64,000 bases of DNA from a virus. Lineage: Duplodnaviria; Caudoviricetes. The number at the start of each line of letters is the position of its first letter. The first letter of the stretch is position 1. The notes beneath the pieces were generated by a model that had not been told where the DNA came from, made no database searches, and was given only the letters and a program-made list of their open reading frames with translations. A program made the translations under genes and the position numbers. Where the stretch lies: the IMG/VR virus record IMGVR_UViG_3300013212_000088, positions 96,001-160,000 of that record; one strand, given 5' to 3'. Below, piece after piece: positions 21,923 through 32,167 of the stretch.

Positions 21923-24900
21923 TTAGGTGTTTAAGAACTTTATAAACATATCTTGAATATCGTCTTTTACTCTTTTCTCTGTTTTTCTTATTTCATCTGA
22001 AGTTCGTCTTTCATAATATTCTGTAACTTCAAATATAATTTTCTGTTTTAAAATTATAATGTCTTCTTGTGTAACATTATAAGATTTTAATTTTTGTTCT
22101 ATCTTCTCAAAAACTGTTTCTGTAATTTCAAGAATGTTTATTCTTTCAATTTCAGTGATTGTTGTTTCTGTTTCTCTAATAATTTTAGAAGTATTTGAAG
22201 AAACAGTTGCACCATCATTCAAATTATAATAGTTTGACTCATTCTTGGTTGATGAGTAATCTTGATTTAAATTATTTTCAACACTATTATTTACAACATT
22301 ATTTGTGGTTGAATTAATATTATTTGAGCTATTGTTAAAAGTTCTTTGATCAACATTGTTAACATTATTTATTTCGCTTTCAGAGTTGATTTCTTCAACT
22401 ATCTTATTAACTTCTGTTTTGACAAAGCTATTCCAAATCTTATCGATTCTAAGATTACTTACATCTACATCTTCTTCATTATTAATTACTTCAAATGAAC
22501 TGTTTGTATTTTTGAATGTTTGTTCAGTTGTACTTGTTGTATTAATCTTTGAAATATTATCAGGTAAGCTTATGTTCTTTGAATTATTATCGTAGTTTAG
22601 TACACTTAACTGGCTATAGTTTTGCGCACTGTTATTTGTAATTTTTTGACTTATAACTTCATTAATTTCATTTTGAAAATTATCCAAAATAACAGTATTT
22701 AAAAGAGAATAATTATTTGTAGATTTTAAAACTCTAGCTAGATCATTAGATAATTCAGTGTTATTTTGTTGGTTTAAAATATTGTCAATATTTTCATTAA
22801 ATATTTCTGTTTTTAAAGTATTTTTAATTAAATCAGATGCTCTACTTACAACTTGTGAATTAAGAATATTTTGATTTATATAAATGTTGTTATTTAATGT
22901 TTGGGTAATAACTTTTTGAATGTCATAATTTTGTATATTTAGTTCAGCTTGTTCAATTAAGTTTTTTGTCAAATAGTTGAAAGTTCTCTCCATGTTAAAG
23001 ACATTATAATTTTTCATTAAGCTATTTAGAATAGAATCTCTAGTTGCGCTCATGAATGAAATTGAACTTACAATATTTTCAACTTTTTGCTGAACTGAAA
23101 GACTATTGTTCAAACTAATAAGCTTTACAGTTTCCAAAAGATTTGAATATGTTTTGGTTTCATAATTTTCAAATCTTTGTTTAACCACCTCTTCAGAATA
23201 AATGTTATTAAGTTCTGTAATTATATTATTTTTTTCCACAACATTCATATTGGAAAAATTAGCATTAGTAGATGAACTTTGATAAACACTTGAAATATTT
23301 TGTTGTGTTACATTAGAGAAATTATTTATAACATTTTGCAGACTGTTATTGGATTCTAAAACATTATTTAAAACCTGCTTTACTTCATTATTCAAAAACA
23401 CAGAATTAGTATTTAATTTTTCTTGAAAATTAGAAAAAGTCAAAAGTTCTTTATTTTCTTTGACAAAACTTTTGTATTCATTATTTTCAATTAAAGTGTT
23501 GGCAATAAAATCAATCTGCTCTAATTTAACTTGATTTATTTTATTTTCAAAATTATTTATAACTTGCTTTAATTCATTATAATTTTCAATATTTTCTATT
23601 TCATTTCTAAGCGTGTTAAGTATTTTAATTTCATTTTTTACTTCAGAAAATTCAGTGGTATATTTAAGCGCTGTCTCCCTTGCTAAAATATTTATTTCTT
23701 CAAAATTATTTATTGTGGTTGAGCTTTCTATAAGATCTACTTTAAATGCTAAATTATTCAAATAGTTTGCAAAATAATTTAATTGATTGTTTTCATTAAT
23801 TTCATAATTATTTGCTATGATATTTCTTTGAATAACATTTTTAAGTTGATTGACATTACTGGAATTAAAGTTATTTACATTTAATGTTTTAAGTACATTT
23901 GAGATATTTTCTATCTTAATATTTTGGTTACTTAAAATATTTTCAGCTGTGGATAAAGTTTCATTTAAGAATTGTTGCTTTAAATTATTTACATAATTTT
24001 TATTTTCTTCTTGGCTATTATTTTTGACAGAATTATAAATCTCATTAATAAACTCTGAGTTTTCATTTACAATTGTGTTTTCATTCAAACTTTGATTAAC
24101 ACTTAAATTGTTCAATTCAGTATTGATAGTATTAAGTATTTGCTCAACATTTGTAGTAGCGTTCAGTTGCTCGGTTATATTATTTACCGCAGTATTAAAT
24201 TGTTGAGATAAATTAGAGTTATTTATTTGATTTAAAACTGATATATTTTTAAGTTCAGAATAGTTTTTATTTTCAATTAAAGTCTTTGCCACTAATTCGC
24301 TAGTAATGTTTGAGAGATTGTTAACATAACTGTCTATATTTTCAACTATAGAATTATTTAAAATATTATCGCTTGAAGAGTTTGTAATAATATTTTTGAT
24401 GTCTACAAATGCATTCTTCACTTCTTCAAGGTTATATTTATTCAACACTTCTTTGATTTCGGTAAGTGTGGCGAAGCTATTTACAGACTCTTTTTTCTCA
24501 ATAATATTTTTAATTTCACTTACAAAAATATAATCATCAAAAGCAGAATTATATACGTTCTCTTTGATTACATTTAGAGTGTAGTTAGAAATAGTTTCAT
24601 TCTGTCTGATTAAGAAATTCTTGACTTCTTCTTCAACAATATTGCTAGAAGTTATTAAATTAAAAAACTTATTAGTAATATCGGTATTTTGAGTCTTAGT
24701 TAATCTTTCTTGTATTTCAGAAACTACTTCATTATTTGGTGCAAGAATAGATATTTTGTCAATAGTGTTTTGGAATGTTTTAAGTATATCTCTAGTGCCA
24801 ATTAAAGACTGAGAAATATTTGTCAGCTCAATTGAAGTTTTATAAACCTTGTTGATAAATGATTCAATATTGTTATTTTTTATATCAGTAAATCTATTCA

Positions 24901-27271
24901 AAGACTCGTAGGCTGAAAGATTACTAACATAATTTTTATTACTTAACTTAGTTTCAAGATTATATTGAGCAAGATAATGTTTAATCTTGTTTATAATGTC
25001 ATACTTGCTTATATTAGAATTAAAAATATTAGTTATTTCTTCATATTGTTTTTGAGAAATTACCGAGCTGTTATATTCTTCTTCAATTACTCTATTTGTG
25101 TTATTAATAATTTCGTCACCCAAAATATTGATAGCGCTGCTCAATGAATTATCTATCATTGTCAAACTTTGTAATGAGTAATCTAAATTATTATTATTTT
25201 GAACTGTAGTATTAACAGTCTTGATATTATTTAACAGATTTGTAATTGATTCATTTTCTGTGTTTATCTCTATATCAGACGCTTTGTAAATAATATCTTT
25301 GGTGAGGTTTGTAATACTTTCATTAATTGTATTTTCAAAGTTTTGAACAATCTGTCTATTTTCAGTAATGCTTAAAGATTTTAAATTAAAATTGTTAACT
25401 TCTTGATTAATAATATTTTGAATAAAGTTTTTAATTTCGTTATTATTTATCAACTGATCTATATCTTGATTGAGTGTTGAAATAATAACATCTACATTTT
25501 CATTTTTTGATATCGTATTTACAATATTTGATCGAATATTTTTTACATTTAGAGATGTTTTAAAATCAGTGAATGAGGAGTTAATGTTATTTACTACATA
25601 TTTTTTAACATTGTTTAAAACTAAACTATTATCTAAATTTTGCAATTGGCTTAATGCGACACTTGAATAGAAGTAATTTGCATTATTTACAATTGAATTT
25701 TTATGCTGATTGTAAATATTTTCAATTTGCTGAATATAATCTACATCATTATTTGAAAAATTATTTTGATTAATGTACTGTGCCAATCTTAGCGCACTTT
25801 CATTTACAATTTGAATATTTAAGTTTTGAGTTATATAAGAAGACAATTCATTTCTAAGATTATTTACTTCTTTGTTTTGAATGTTTTGAATGTTTGCTAA
25901 AAAACTATTATATAAACTATAGTTGTGTAGTTCATTTGTTTGATTAATTACATTTTCAAGTGGAGATATAAAGTCTTTAAATGCATTAGATAATTGCTCA
26001 GTTTTAACTTCAGAAAATATATTTTTAATCTGTTGAATGGATTCTAATACAGAAACTAAATTAGTGTTATTTTGATTATTATTAACAATATTAATTATTT
26101 CATTTTTATAATTTTGAAATATGTTATTTTGTTCTAAAAAATCTTGTTCTGCCTTCATTATAATTTGTGGCAAAGTTTCATTTAAGTAAACATTCAATAC
26201 CTGAATTGTTTTCTCATCTTGTTTGTTTTCAAGTTTATTTACAATTACAGATTCAATTACTTGTTGAATATTTTTTACATCTTCAACATTATTTATCTCA
26301 TTTAAAATTTGATTCTTAATTTCTTCAATCTTATCTCCCTCAAAAACTGCTAATTCATTAACAATATTTTTGATAAGATTTTGTCTAAATTCTACTTTGG
26401 TGTTATTGAAGAATTGATTTACATCACTTGATATTTTAGACAAGTTTACTGTATTACTATTTAGTATTTTATTTTGAAACTTGACGTCTATGATTTCAGT
26501 TTTATTATTGTTTATTGAAAGAAAATCAATAGGCTGAGTATACTGAGAAATTCTTGTAGTTTTTACTGGCTTTTCAATTTGTATAGACTTAAAATCTTCT
26601 TTTGGAATATTTGTCTGTTGGTTTTTATTGATCAGTATAGATTCTGATGGTCTAGCTTCTCTTGTTATAGATGAAGTTTTAATTTCAATTGGTTTTGCAG
26701 CAATATTGTAAGCTTGGGAAACATTTTGAGTTTCATTATAAGACTCTGAAATATCTTGAGCTTCTGGAACTTTAATTTCAGGATTAGTTTTTTGAAGCAT
26801 TTGTAAAAATTCTTTTGCTTCTGAACTAATCATATAGTCTTCTTTCTTTGATGCTAGTTGCTTTACATTAAAACCCTTTTGATCTTTTTTATCAAAATCT
26901 GCAACATTCTTATATTTTGTTGGGCCTTCAGTGACTAGAAAATTGCTTTTAGAGTCTTGATATGACAAAAAAACAGGGTCTGGTGGTCGGTATCCACTAT
27001 AGTCATGCTTATTTGCTGGGGAATATCTTCGAGCTACACTAGAAGGGTTTTGAGTTAAGAAAGACTCTGATGATGAAATACTTTCACTGGCATCATTAGT
27101 ATTACCAGCAGTGTACTTTTCTGTTGGAATGCCTTTAGCTCTTACTGGAGAGCCTTGATTTAAGTGTTCAAATGAATCGTTCAAATCAAAACCTATATCT
27201 TTGATGTAAGAGAAAGCATCAGATAAATTAGAAATCTTGTCGTAACTCAACCATGATTTTTTGTTTTCCAT
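21923..27271 (-). CDS. 1782-aa Asn/Ile/Gln/Glu-rich low-complexity helical protein (tape-measure candidate)
   Basis: The long central region is visibly depleted of Gly, Pro, Trp and Cys. It lies upstream of the tail-tip/hub genes. The function is an inference. Confidence 0.5.
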   Translation of the reverse strand: MENKKSWLSYDKISNLSDAFSYIKDIGFDLNDSFEHLNQGSPVRAKGIPTEKYTAGNTNDASESISSSESFLTQNPSSVARRYSPANKHDYSGYRPPDPVFLSYQDSKSNFLVTEGPTKYKNVADFDKKDQKGFNVKQLASKKEDYMISSEAKEFLQMLQKTNPEIKVPEAQDISESYNETQNVSQAYNIAAKPIEIKTSSITREARPSESILINKNQQTNIPKEDFKSIQIEKPVKTTRISQYTQPIDFLSINNNKTEIIDVKFQNKILNSNTVNLSKISSDVNQFFNNTKVEFRQNLIKNIVNELAVFEGDKIEEIKNQILNEINNVEDVKNIQQVIESVIVNKLENKQDEKTIQVLNVYLNETLPQIIMKAEQDFLEQNNIFQNYKNEIINIVNNNQNNTNLVSVLESIQQIKNIFSEVKTEQLSNAFKDFISPLENVINQTNELHNYSLYNSFLANIQNIQNKEVNNLRNELSSYITQNLNIQIVNESALRLAQYINQNNFSNNDVDYIQQIENIYNQHKNSIVNNANYFYSSVALSQLQNLDNSLVLNNVKKYVVNNINSSFTDFKTSLNVKNIRSNIVNTISKNENVDVIISTLNQDIDQLINNNEIKNFIQNIINQEVNNFNLKSLSITENRQIVQNFENTINESITNLTKDIIYKASDIEINTENESITNLLNNIKTVNTTVQNNNNLDYSLQSLTMIDNSLSSAINILGDEIINNTNRVIEEEYNSSVISQKQYEEITNIFNSNISKYDIINKIKHYLAQYNLETKLSNKNYVSNLSAYESLNRFTDIKNNNIESFINKVYKTSIELTNISQSLIGTRDILKTFQNTIDKISILAPNNEVVSEIQERLTKTQNTDITNKFFNLITSSNIVEEEVKNFLIRQNETISNYTLNVIKENVYNSAFDDYIFVSEIKNIIEKKESVNSFATLTEIKEVLNKYNLEEVKNAFVDIKNIITNSSSDNILNNSIVENIDSYVNNLSNITSELVAKTLIENKNYSELKNISVLNQINNSNLSQQFNTAVNNITEQLNATTNVEQILNTINTELNNLSVNQSLNENTIVNENSEFINEIYNSVKNNSQEENKNYVNNLKQQFLNETLSTAENILSNQNIKIENISNVLKTLNVNNFNSSNVNQLKNVIQRNIIANNYEINENNQLNYFANYLNNLAFKVDLIESSTTINNFEEINILARETALKYTTEFSEVKNEIKILNTLRNEIENIENYNELKQVINNFENKINQVKLEQIDFIANTLIENNEYKSFVKENKELLTFSNFQEKLNTNSVFLNNEVKQVLNNVLESNNSLQNVINNFSNVTQQNISSVYQSSSTNANFSNMNVVEKNNIITELNNIYSEEVVKQRFENYETKTYSNLLETVKLISLNNSLSVQQKVENIVSSISFMSATRDSILNSLMKNYNVFNMERTFNYLTKNLIEQAELNIQNYDIQKVITQTLNNNIYINQNILNSQVVSRASDLIKNTLKTEIFNENIDNILNQQNNTELSNDLARVLKSTNNYSLLNTVILDNFQNEINEVISQKITNNSAQNYSQLSVLNYDNNSKNISLPDNISKINTTSTTEQTFKNTNSSFEVINNEEDVDVSNLRIDKIWNSFVKTEVNKIVEEINSESEINNVNNVDQRTFNNSSNNINSTTNNVVNNSVENNLNQDYSSTKNESNYYNLNDGATVSSNTSKIIRETETTITEIERINILEITETVFEKIEQKLKSYNVTQEDIIILKQKIIFEVTEYYERRTSDEIRKTEKRVKDDIQDMFIKFLNT

Positions 27272-27295
27272 TAGTTGTGTTATACGTTAGAGAAT

Positions 27296-29656
27296 TTAAA
27301 TCAATTTGAAGTTTGACTTTTTCTTTAATTCTGGATGATCGTTTAATATTTGCTCAATTGTATCTCCAGCATGATCAGGAGATTCTTTCAAAGCAGTACC
27401 TTCACCAGGAAGCAATCCATCCCAATAATTTGCAGCTTCATCATCTTCGAGCTTTTTAAATCCAGCAATTTTGACAAACTTACTTTCAATTTTAGCAAAA
27501 GCTGCGCTAGGTGATTCAATTGCTTTGGTATAGAAATCTTTAGTAAAGGAACCACTTAAAGCATCTTGCAAATTAGATAAGCCCTTAGATTCTAATTGGC
27601 TTAGCTTACTCTTTTCTTGAACAATGTCAGCTTGTAATGCGGTTTTTCTTTCACCAACTGCCGCAGCCTCCATCGCTTGTAGATTTTGAATTTTTTGTTT
27701 TTGTTCTGCAATTAAAGGTTCATTAAGTCTGTTAAGTTCCATTACATGACCAACTGCAAAAGGCCCACCTAAGGTTTTTTGAATTAGTTCAGCATCTGTA
27801 GCTGTTTGAGAACCGCCAAAGAATCTTATATCTCTTTGTTTCATTGATTGCTCAATGGTTGCGCCTTCTCTTTCTACTTCTAACTGCTCTTTTTTAATAT
27901 TGTCAATTTTAATCTTTAATTGATTTAAGTTAACTTTTAATTGTTCTACTTGGGCTGCTGCCTGTTCACTAGTAGACGAAACACCAGTCATGATTGTTGG
28001 ATTAGAAAGAATCTGTTGATATTTTTGAAGCAAAGTTTCACCAGCCATTACAGCTGCATTAGTGCTTTCCACCATAACACCAATCTTTTCTTTTACTTGT
28101 TCTGCACTATTATAGGCAACTTGCTTATCTTCACCAAGTTCTTTGACTATGGTTTTGATCATTCCAGCGTTTGTTCCGCCAGTTCCATAGTAAGAATTTT
28201 TTGCTGTTTCGTAATTCTTTATTGCTCTGTCAAACTTTTGTTGTTCTTGAGCAAAAAGATTTTTGTTCATAACTGCACCAAACACAGCTTCGGAAGTTTC
28301 TTGTAATGTTGCGTTTAAGTCACCTACATTTGTAGTGGATCCAGTTGTAACAAAATCCAGTCCTGCACTTAAAGCTTTTTTAAAATTAGGTGCCCCAGCT
28401 ACAGCTGCAACATAGTTTCTCAATTCTCCACTTAATCTAGTGACTTCAGCTGCATTTCCGCTTATTGATGCATTATTAAGTGCTACCATTGCGTTTATTG
28501 CTTTTGAAGCATTAACATTGAAAATAGGATTTATCCCGAGTAATGGAGTTTTTTTAATATCCTCTTGAAGTTTTGTGTCAAGCTCATTTTTTAAGATTCT
28601 AGGGTCCATATTTGCTGCTGTTCTTACATTTGCAACCTTGACAAACTTATAGGTGGAATCAGATACTGTAATTCCTGGAGAAAATGGAGCTTGGACTCTT
28701 TGTGCCTTGCCTGGGACTAGCTCAGTTGTTGCTTGTTCAGACAATGAGTAACCAATATTAAGTGTATAGAAAATACTTCGTACTAGTCCCAATACTGGAG
28801 CAAAGTTTTTAAATGCTCCTTGAGCAAACTGATAAAGATTTTTTTCTGCTTCCAAAAACTTTGGTGCTTCTAAACCTTGTTGAAGGCCTCTTGCTAATCC
28901 TAACTCTTGTAAGGATCTCTTTGTAGCATCCATTGCTTTTTGGGTTGTTGAAACAATTTGTTCAGCAGATGATTGTCCATGACCAACTGCATGAGCTAAA
29001 GCTCTACTAAACTTAACTTGTAATTTAGGGTCTCCAATCATTAAAGAGAAAAACTCTTTGCCTGAAGTATTTTTTGAACGAGCACACTTAGTTATAAACT
29101 CTATAACTCCTAAACCCAAAAGTTCATTTTCAATTTCTGCTGCATTCTGAACAACTAATTTTACTTGCTGAATATTATGGTTTCTTTGCCAAATAATTAT
29201 TCCTAAATCTAAAATCTTTTCAAGATATGTAGATCCAACAACATTTAAAAACATTTCTAGGAGTTCAATTGTTTGGTCAATCCTGCTATCTTGTGACATT
29301 TTTGCCATTGCAGCAGGGTTTTTGATATCAAATTGAGATGGAAAGAATGAATCAAACTTAGCTTGAGGAACCCCTTCTTTAAGATATTCATCTTTCAGAA
29401 GGGAGACTTTTCTCACAACATCTGCAGTGTTTTCAAACTCTTTATATTGGCTTTTTTTGGATTGCTCTAAAGCATCGTCAACTATCTCTTCCCCAAAGCC
29501 CTTGGATTTATTTCCAAAAGCATCTTGAAGTGCTTTTACTTGAACAGCAGAAAGCGCCCCTTCTGCTAAACCTGCAGCGCCTGCTTCAGCCGCTCCAGCT
29601 GCCAAAGCGGCAGCTCCTGGAATCGCTAATGGGTTAGCTATTTTGACGAATTTCAT
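27296..29656 (-). CDS. Ala-rich helical/coiled-coil protein, candidate internal virion protein, with three KFVK[IV]A motifs
   Basis: 786 aa. MKFVKIA at the N-terminus, YKFVKVANVRTAA at about 28615-28651, SKFVKIAG at about 27461-27484; coiled-coil-like C-terminal half. Confidence 0.6.
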   Translation of the reverse strand: MKFVKIANPLAIPGAAALAAGAAEAGAAGLAEGALSAVQVKALQDAFGNKSKGFGEEIVDDALEQSKKSQYKEFENTADVVRKVSLLKDEYLKEGVPQAKFDSFFPSQFDIKNPAAMAKMSQDSRIDQTIELLEMFLNVVGSTYLEKILDLGIIIWQRNHNIQQVKLVVQNAAEIENELLGLGVIEFITKCARSKNTSGKEFFSLMIGDPKLQVKFSRALAHAVGHGQSSAEQIVSTTQKAMDATKRSLQELGLARGLQQGLEAPKFLEAEKNLYQFAQGAFKNFAPVLGLVRSIFYTLNIGYSLSEQATTELVPGKAQRVQAPFSPGITVSDSTYKFVKVANVRTAANMDPRILKNELDTKLQEDIKKTPLLGINPIFNVNASKAINAMVALNNASISGNAAEVTRLSGELRNYVAAVAGAPNFKKALSAGLDFVTTGSTTNVGDLNATLQETSEAVFGAVMNKNLFAQEQQKFDRAIKNYETAKNSYYGTGGTNAGMIKTIVKELGEDKQVAYNSAEQVKEKIGVMVESTNAAVMAGETLLQKYQQILSNPTIMTGVSSTSEQAAAQVEQLKVNLNQLKIKIDNIKKEQLEVEREGATIEQSMKQRDIRFFGGSQTATDAELIQKTLGGPFAVGHVMELNRLNEPLIAEQKQKIQNLQAMEAAAVGERKTALQADIVQEKSKLSQLESKGLSNLQDALSGSFTKDFYTKAIESPSAAFAKIESKFVKIAGFKKLEDDEAANYWDGLLPGEGTALKESPDHAGDTIEQILNDHPELKKKSNFKLI

Positions 29657-29658
29657 AA

Positions 29659-29838
29659 TTAATCTTTTGCTATAATTTTATAAGTAGATGTTGAGCAGTG
29701 AGGACATTTGCCATGCAAAGCATTCCTGGAACTCTTCATAGTAACAACTTTTGGTCCAGTAACTGTGACCATAGTTCTACATTTTACACAGTACATAGGA
29801 TGCGTTTTTGTAGCATCTTTAATTTCGGTATCAGCCAT
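29659..29838 (-). CDS. Small Zn-ribbon protein, DUF5679-like (59 aa; below the ORF-track cutoff)
   Basis: Translated by hand: MADTEIKDATKTHPMYCVKCRTMVTVTGPKVVTMKSSRNALHGKCPHCSTSTYKIIAKD*. The YCVKC..VTMK..GKCPHC pattern matches DUF5679; SD AGGAG upstream. Confidence 0.8.
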   Translation of the reverse strand: MADTEIKDATKTHPMYCVKCRTMVTVTGPKVVTMKSSRNALHGKCPHCSTSTYKIIAKD

Positions 29839-29901
29839 TTTAAATAACTCCTAAAGTTTTATTATTAATTTTTGTACAAATACCTTTGAGGATTAGCTTC
29901 A

Positions 29902-30252
29902 ATGCCCAGGTATGAATACTGTTGTAAATGTGATGGAAGTGAAAAGAAATTCACAGTCAATATTTCATTTAATGAATATTCTCCAGAAATTCCTTGCCCT
30001 TGTGGTGCAGAAAATGGTTTGGCAATGAGAGTTTTTACAACTTTTGCCGTTCAAGAAGGTCGCACTGCTAATGAAATTAAGTTTGGCACTACTAATAAGA
30101 GAAAGCAAATGGCTGATTTTATGAAAGATCAAAAACAAGTTAGAAAAAAATCTTATGCTGCTGATACTCGAGAAGCTAAATCAAACGAAATATGGACAGG
30201 CAAGGAAGGCTTAGACGGTATAACATCTTTACCTATTAATAAGGACAAGTAA
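29902..30252 (+). CDS. FmdB-family zinc-ribbon protein
   Basis: MPRYEYCCKCDG...CPCG N-terminus, the MPxYEYxC signature. Confidence 0.75.
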   Translation: MPRYEYCCKCDGSEKKFTVNISFNEYSPEIPCPCGAENGLAMRVFTTFAVQEGRTANEIKFGTTNKRKQMADFMKDQKQVRKKSYAADTREAKSNEIWTGKEGLDGITSLPINKDK

Positions 30253-30253
30253 C

Positions 30254-31030
30254 ATGGAAGAACCAGAATCATTTATTATTCAAAACGTCACTATGAATTA
30301 TCAATATATTAGTGATATCAGACTTCAATTGGATCCACTACAAGTTGAAGATCTAACATGGTGGGAATCTAAAGTTGTTAAGGCATCTAGAGACCTAAAG
30401 GAAGCACTGCGTAGAGGTGTTTTACGACAAATCACTCAGACAGAATGGGATTCTAAACTAGAAAAGCAAGCTGCTAAAGAAAGAAGAGAACTTTCTTTAA
30501 ACACTAAACAAGAGAGAATTAAGACCATCGAAACCGAAGATGGAAAGCAATTTGAAGCTGAATCTATTGATGCCGAAAAGCCTTATAGCAAAGAAGCTGA
30601 ACTTAACACTGCTGGTTATGCAAATGATTCTCTTTCTTACACCATTGCTTTAGAAACTGCTCAGGTTCAAGCTGAGTTAAATGGTGAAGAGCTTACTGTA
30701 GAAGACTTTGCTGAAAGAGTAGAGCGTGATCCAACATTAGTTGCTAGGCTTCTACGACAACAAACAGGCGCAGTCACATCTGGTACCACTCGTCAATCAA
30801 GAGCATTTGTAGCTCAAGCTCCTGAACTTGGTAGATCTGAGACTACTGTTGCTGGAATGAAAATGTCTAACATGCAACGAGATGGATATATTGCAGGCGG
30901 AGATTTTAATTACACTGCTAAACCAAATGATGATTTTGGTTTTGATAGTGATCCTTCTATTGCTGAAGAAATTGACCTTGAAGTGGATTCTTTAGGGGAT
31001 GATGAAAAGGGCTCAATCAGAAGACTCTAG
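30254..31030 (+). CDS. Conserved phage hypothetical protein, probably head-associated
   Basis: 258 aa. The N-terminal IIQNV..ISDIRLQLDP..EDL..SRDLKEALRRG pattern is, from recall, seen near head genes of large phages; acidic tail. Confidence 0.5.
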   Translation: MEEPESFIIQNVTMNYQYISDIRLQLDPLQVEDLTWWESKVVKASRDLKEALRRGVLRQITQTEWDSKLEKQAAKERRELSLNTKQERIKTIETEDGKQFEAESIDAEKPYSKEAELNTAGYANDSLSYTIALETAQVQAELNGEELTVEDFAERVERDPTLVARLLRQQTGAVTSGTTRQSRAFVAQAPELGRSETTVAGMKMSNMQRDGYIAGGDFNYTAKPNDDFGFDSDPSIAEEIDLEVDSLGDDEKGSIRRL

Positions 31031-31055
31031 AAAAATTGTAATAAGACTTAAGCTT

Positions 31056-31089
31056 AAGAAGGCAGTCTAACAAGGCTGCCTTCTTTTTT
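31056..31089 (+). terminator. Rho-independent terminator
   Basis: AAGAAGGCAG (31056-65) / CTGCCTTCTT (31076-85) perfect 10-bp stem followed by a T-run, after 30254..31030. Confidence 0.8.
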
Positions 31090-31102
31090 ATGGAGACATC
31101 TT

Positions 31103-32167
31103 ATGGCAGACTTCAACGCATCATCATTTACACAAAGTGAACTTGTATTCTACAATAGATCTGCTGGAACTCAAGGTATATACATTGAGTGGGAAAGATA
31201 TTCAGGATCTGGAGTAAGCATATATAATATTTACAGAAGTGAGTATTTTGATGGAAACTATCAACTTGTAGATGCTGTTATGTTTCCAAGAAATGAGTAT
31301 GTAGACAGGACCGGTAAACCTTCATATTATTACAAAATAGAAGAAGTTGGTGGCACAGGGTATACAGTATCCTATAGTACAAGTCAGCCAATTTCAGGTG
31401 ATGAATTACTTACAAAAAGTAGTTTAAGATTTGAATTGGAGCATTTACTTAACATTCCTATCTATGATGAAGAAGTAATATTCAATGCTAACAGAACATC
31501 GGCTTCCGTTGCTTTCCCGCATTGGAATTATTCACCAAGACCTCAAATTAGAATTACAGGAGCTTCAAATGAGGGTGATAGTGAACCAATGAAGTTCTTA
31601 TCAGAATATGATCCTATTTACACTACTCTTTCAGGAACAGCTACTTCATCATACCCCGATGGTTTAAAATACAAAACAGACTACCAAGGAAATATTTATT
31701 TCTTAAAAGCAAATGGTACAGCACAATCTATAAAAAGTTATGACACTGTAATGGTTTCATATAATATAAAAATGTTTTCAAGCCAACATATGAACAGTGC
31801 TTTGAACATGGCATTGCAATCAGTTAATTCACAACCAGGATCGGCTAAATATCAATCAGTTTCAACAGCGCCATTTTATTATGAACCAGCATTAGTGATT
31901 GGAGCATCATATTATCTTTTAAGAAGTTTACTCGTTTCTTTAACTGGTAGACAAAGAAGATTGCTGCTTGAAGATCCAGATGCCAAAATTGTTGATGACC
32001 TTAGACAATCCGCCACAATGTATAAAGAAGATTTTGAGAAACATCTTGAAAAACTTCCAATTGCTAAGTTCCCAAGAATCACAACAATTGTCACCCCAGC
32101 GTTCAATATGCCTGGTGGTAGATCAAGATTCTTTAGATACATTTGGAATCTTGGTACTGGTGTTTGA
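31103..32167 (+). CDS. Probable head-tail adaptor/neck protein with an N-terminal FN3-like domain
   Basis: N-terminal IYIEWE..YNIYRS (FN3-like); C-terminal FSSQHMNSALNMALQSVNSQP..ALVIGASYYLL helical adaptor-like pattern; SD GGAG. Confidence 0.5.
   Translation: MADFNASSFTQSELVFYNRSAGTQGIYIEWERYSGSGVSIYNIYRSEYFDGNYQLVDAVMFPRNEYVDRTGKPSYYYKIEEVGGTGYTVSYSTSQPISGDELLTKSSLRFELEHLLNIPIYDEEVIFNANRTSASVAFPHWNYSPRPQIRITGASNEGDSEPMKFLSEYDPIYTTLSGTATSSYPDGLKYKTDYQGNIYFLKANGTAQSIKSYDTVMVSYNIKMFSSQHMNSALNMALQSVNSQPGSAKYQSVSTAPFYYEPALVIGASYYLLRSLLVSLTGRQRRLLLEDPDAKIVDDLRQSATMYKEDFEKHLEKLPIAKFPRITTIVTPAFNMPGGRSRFFRYIWNLGTGV

Noticed and set aside
27296-29656. Ala-rich 786-aa protein as the tape measure
   Set aside because: Not excluded, but it lacks the periodic aromatic/TM pattern of tape measures, and its repeated KFVK[IV]A motifs fit a processed internal protein better.
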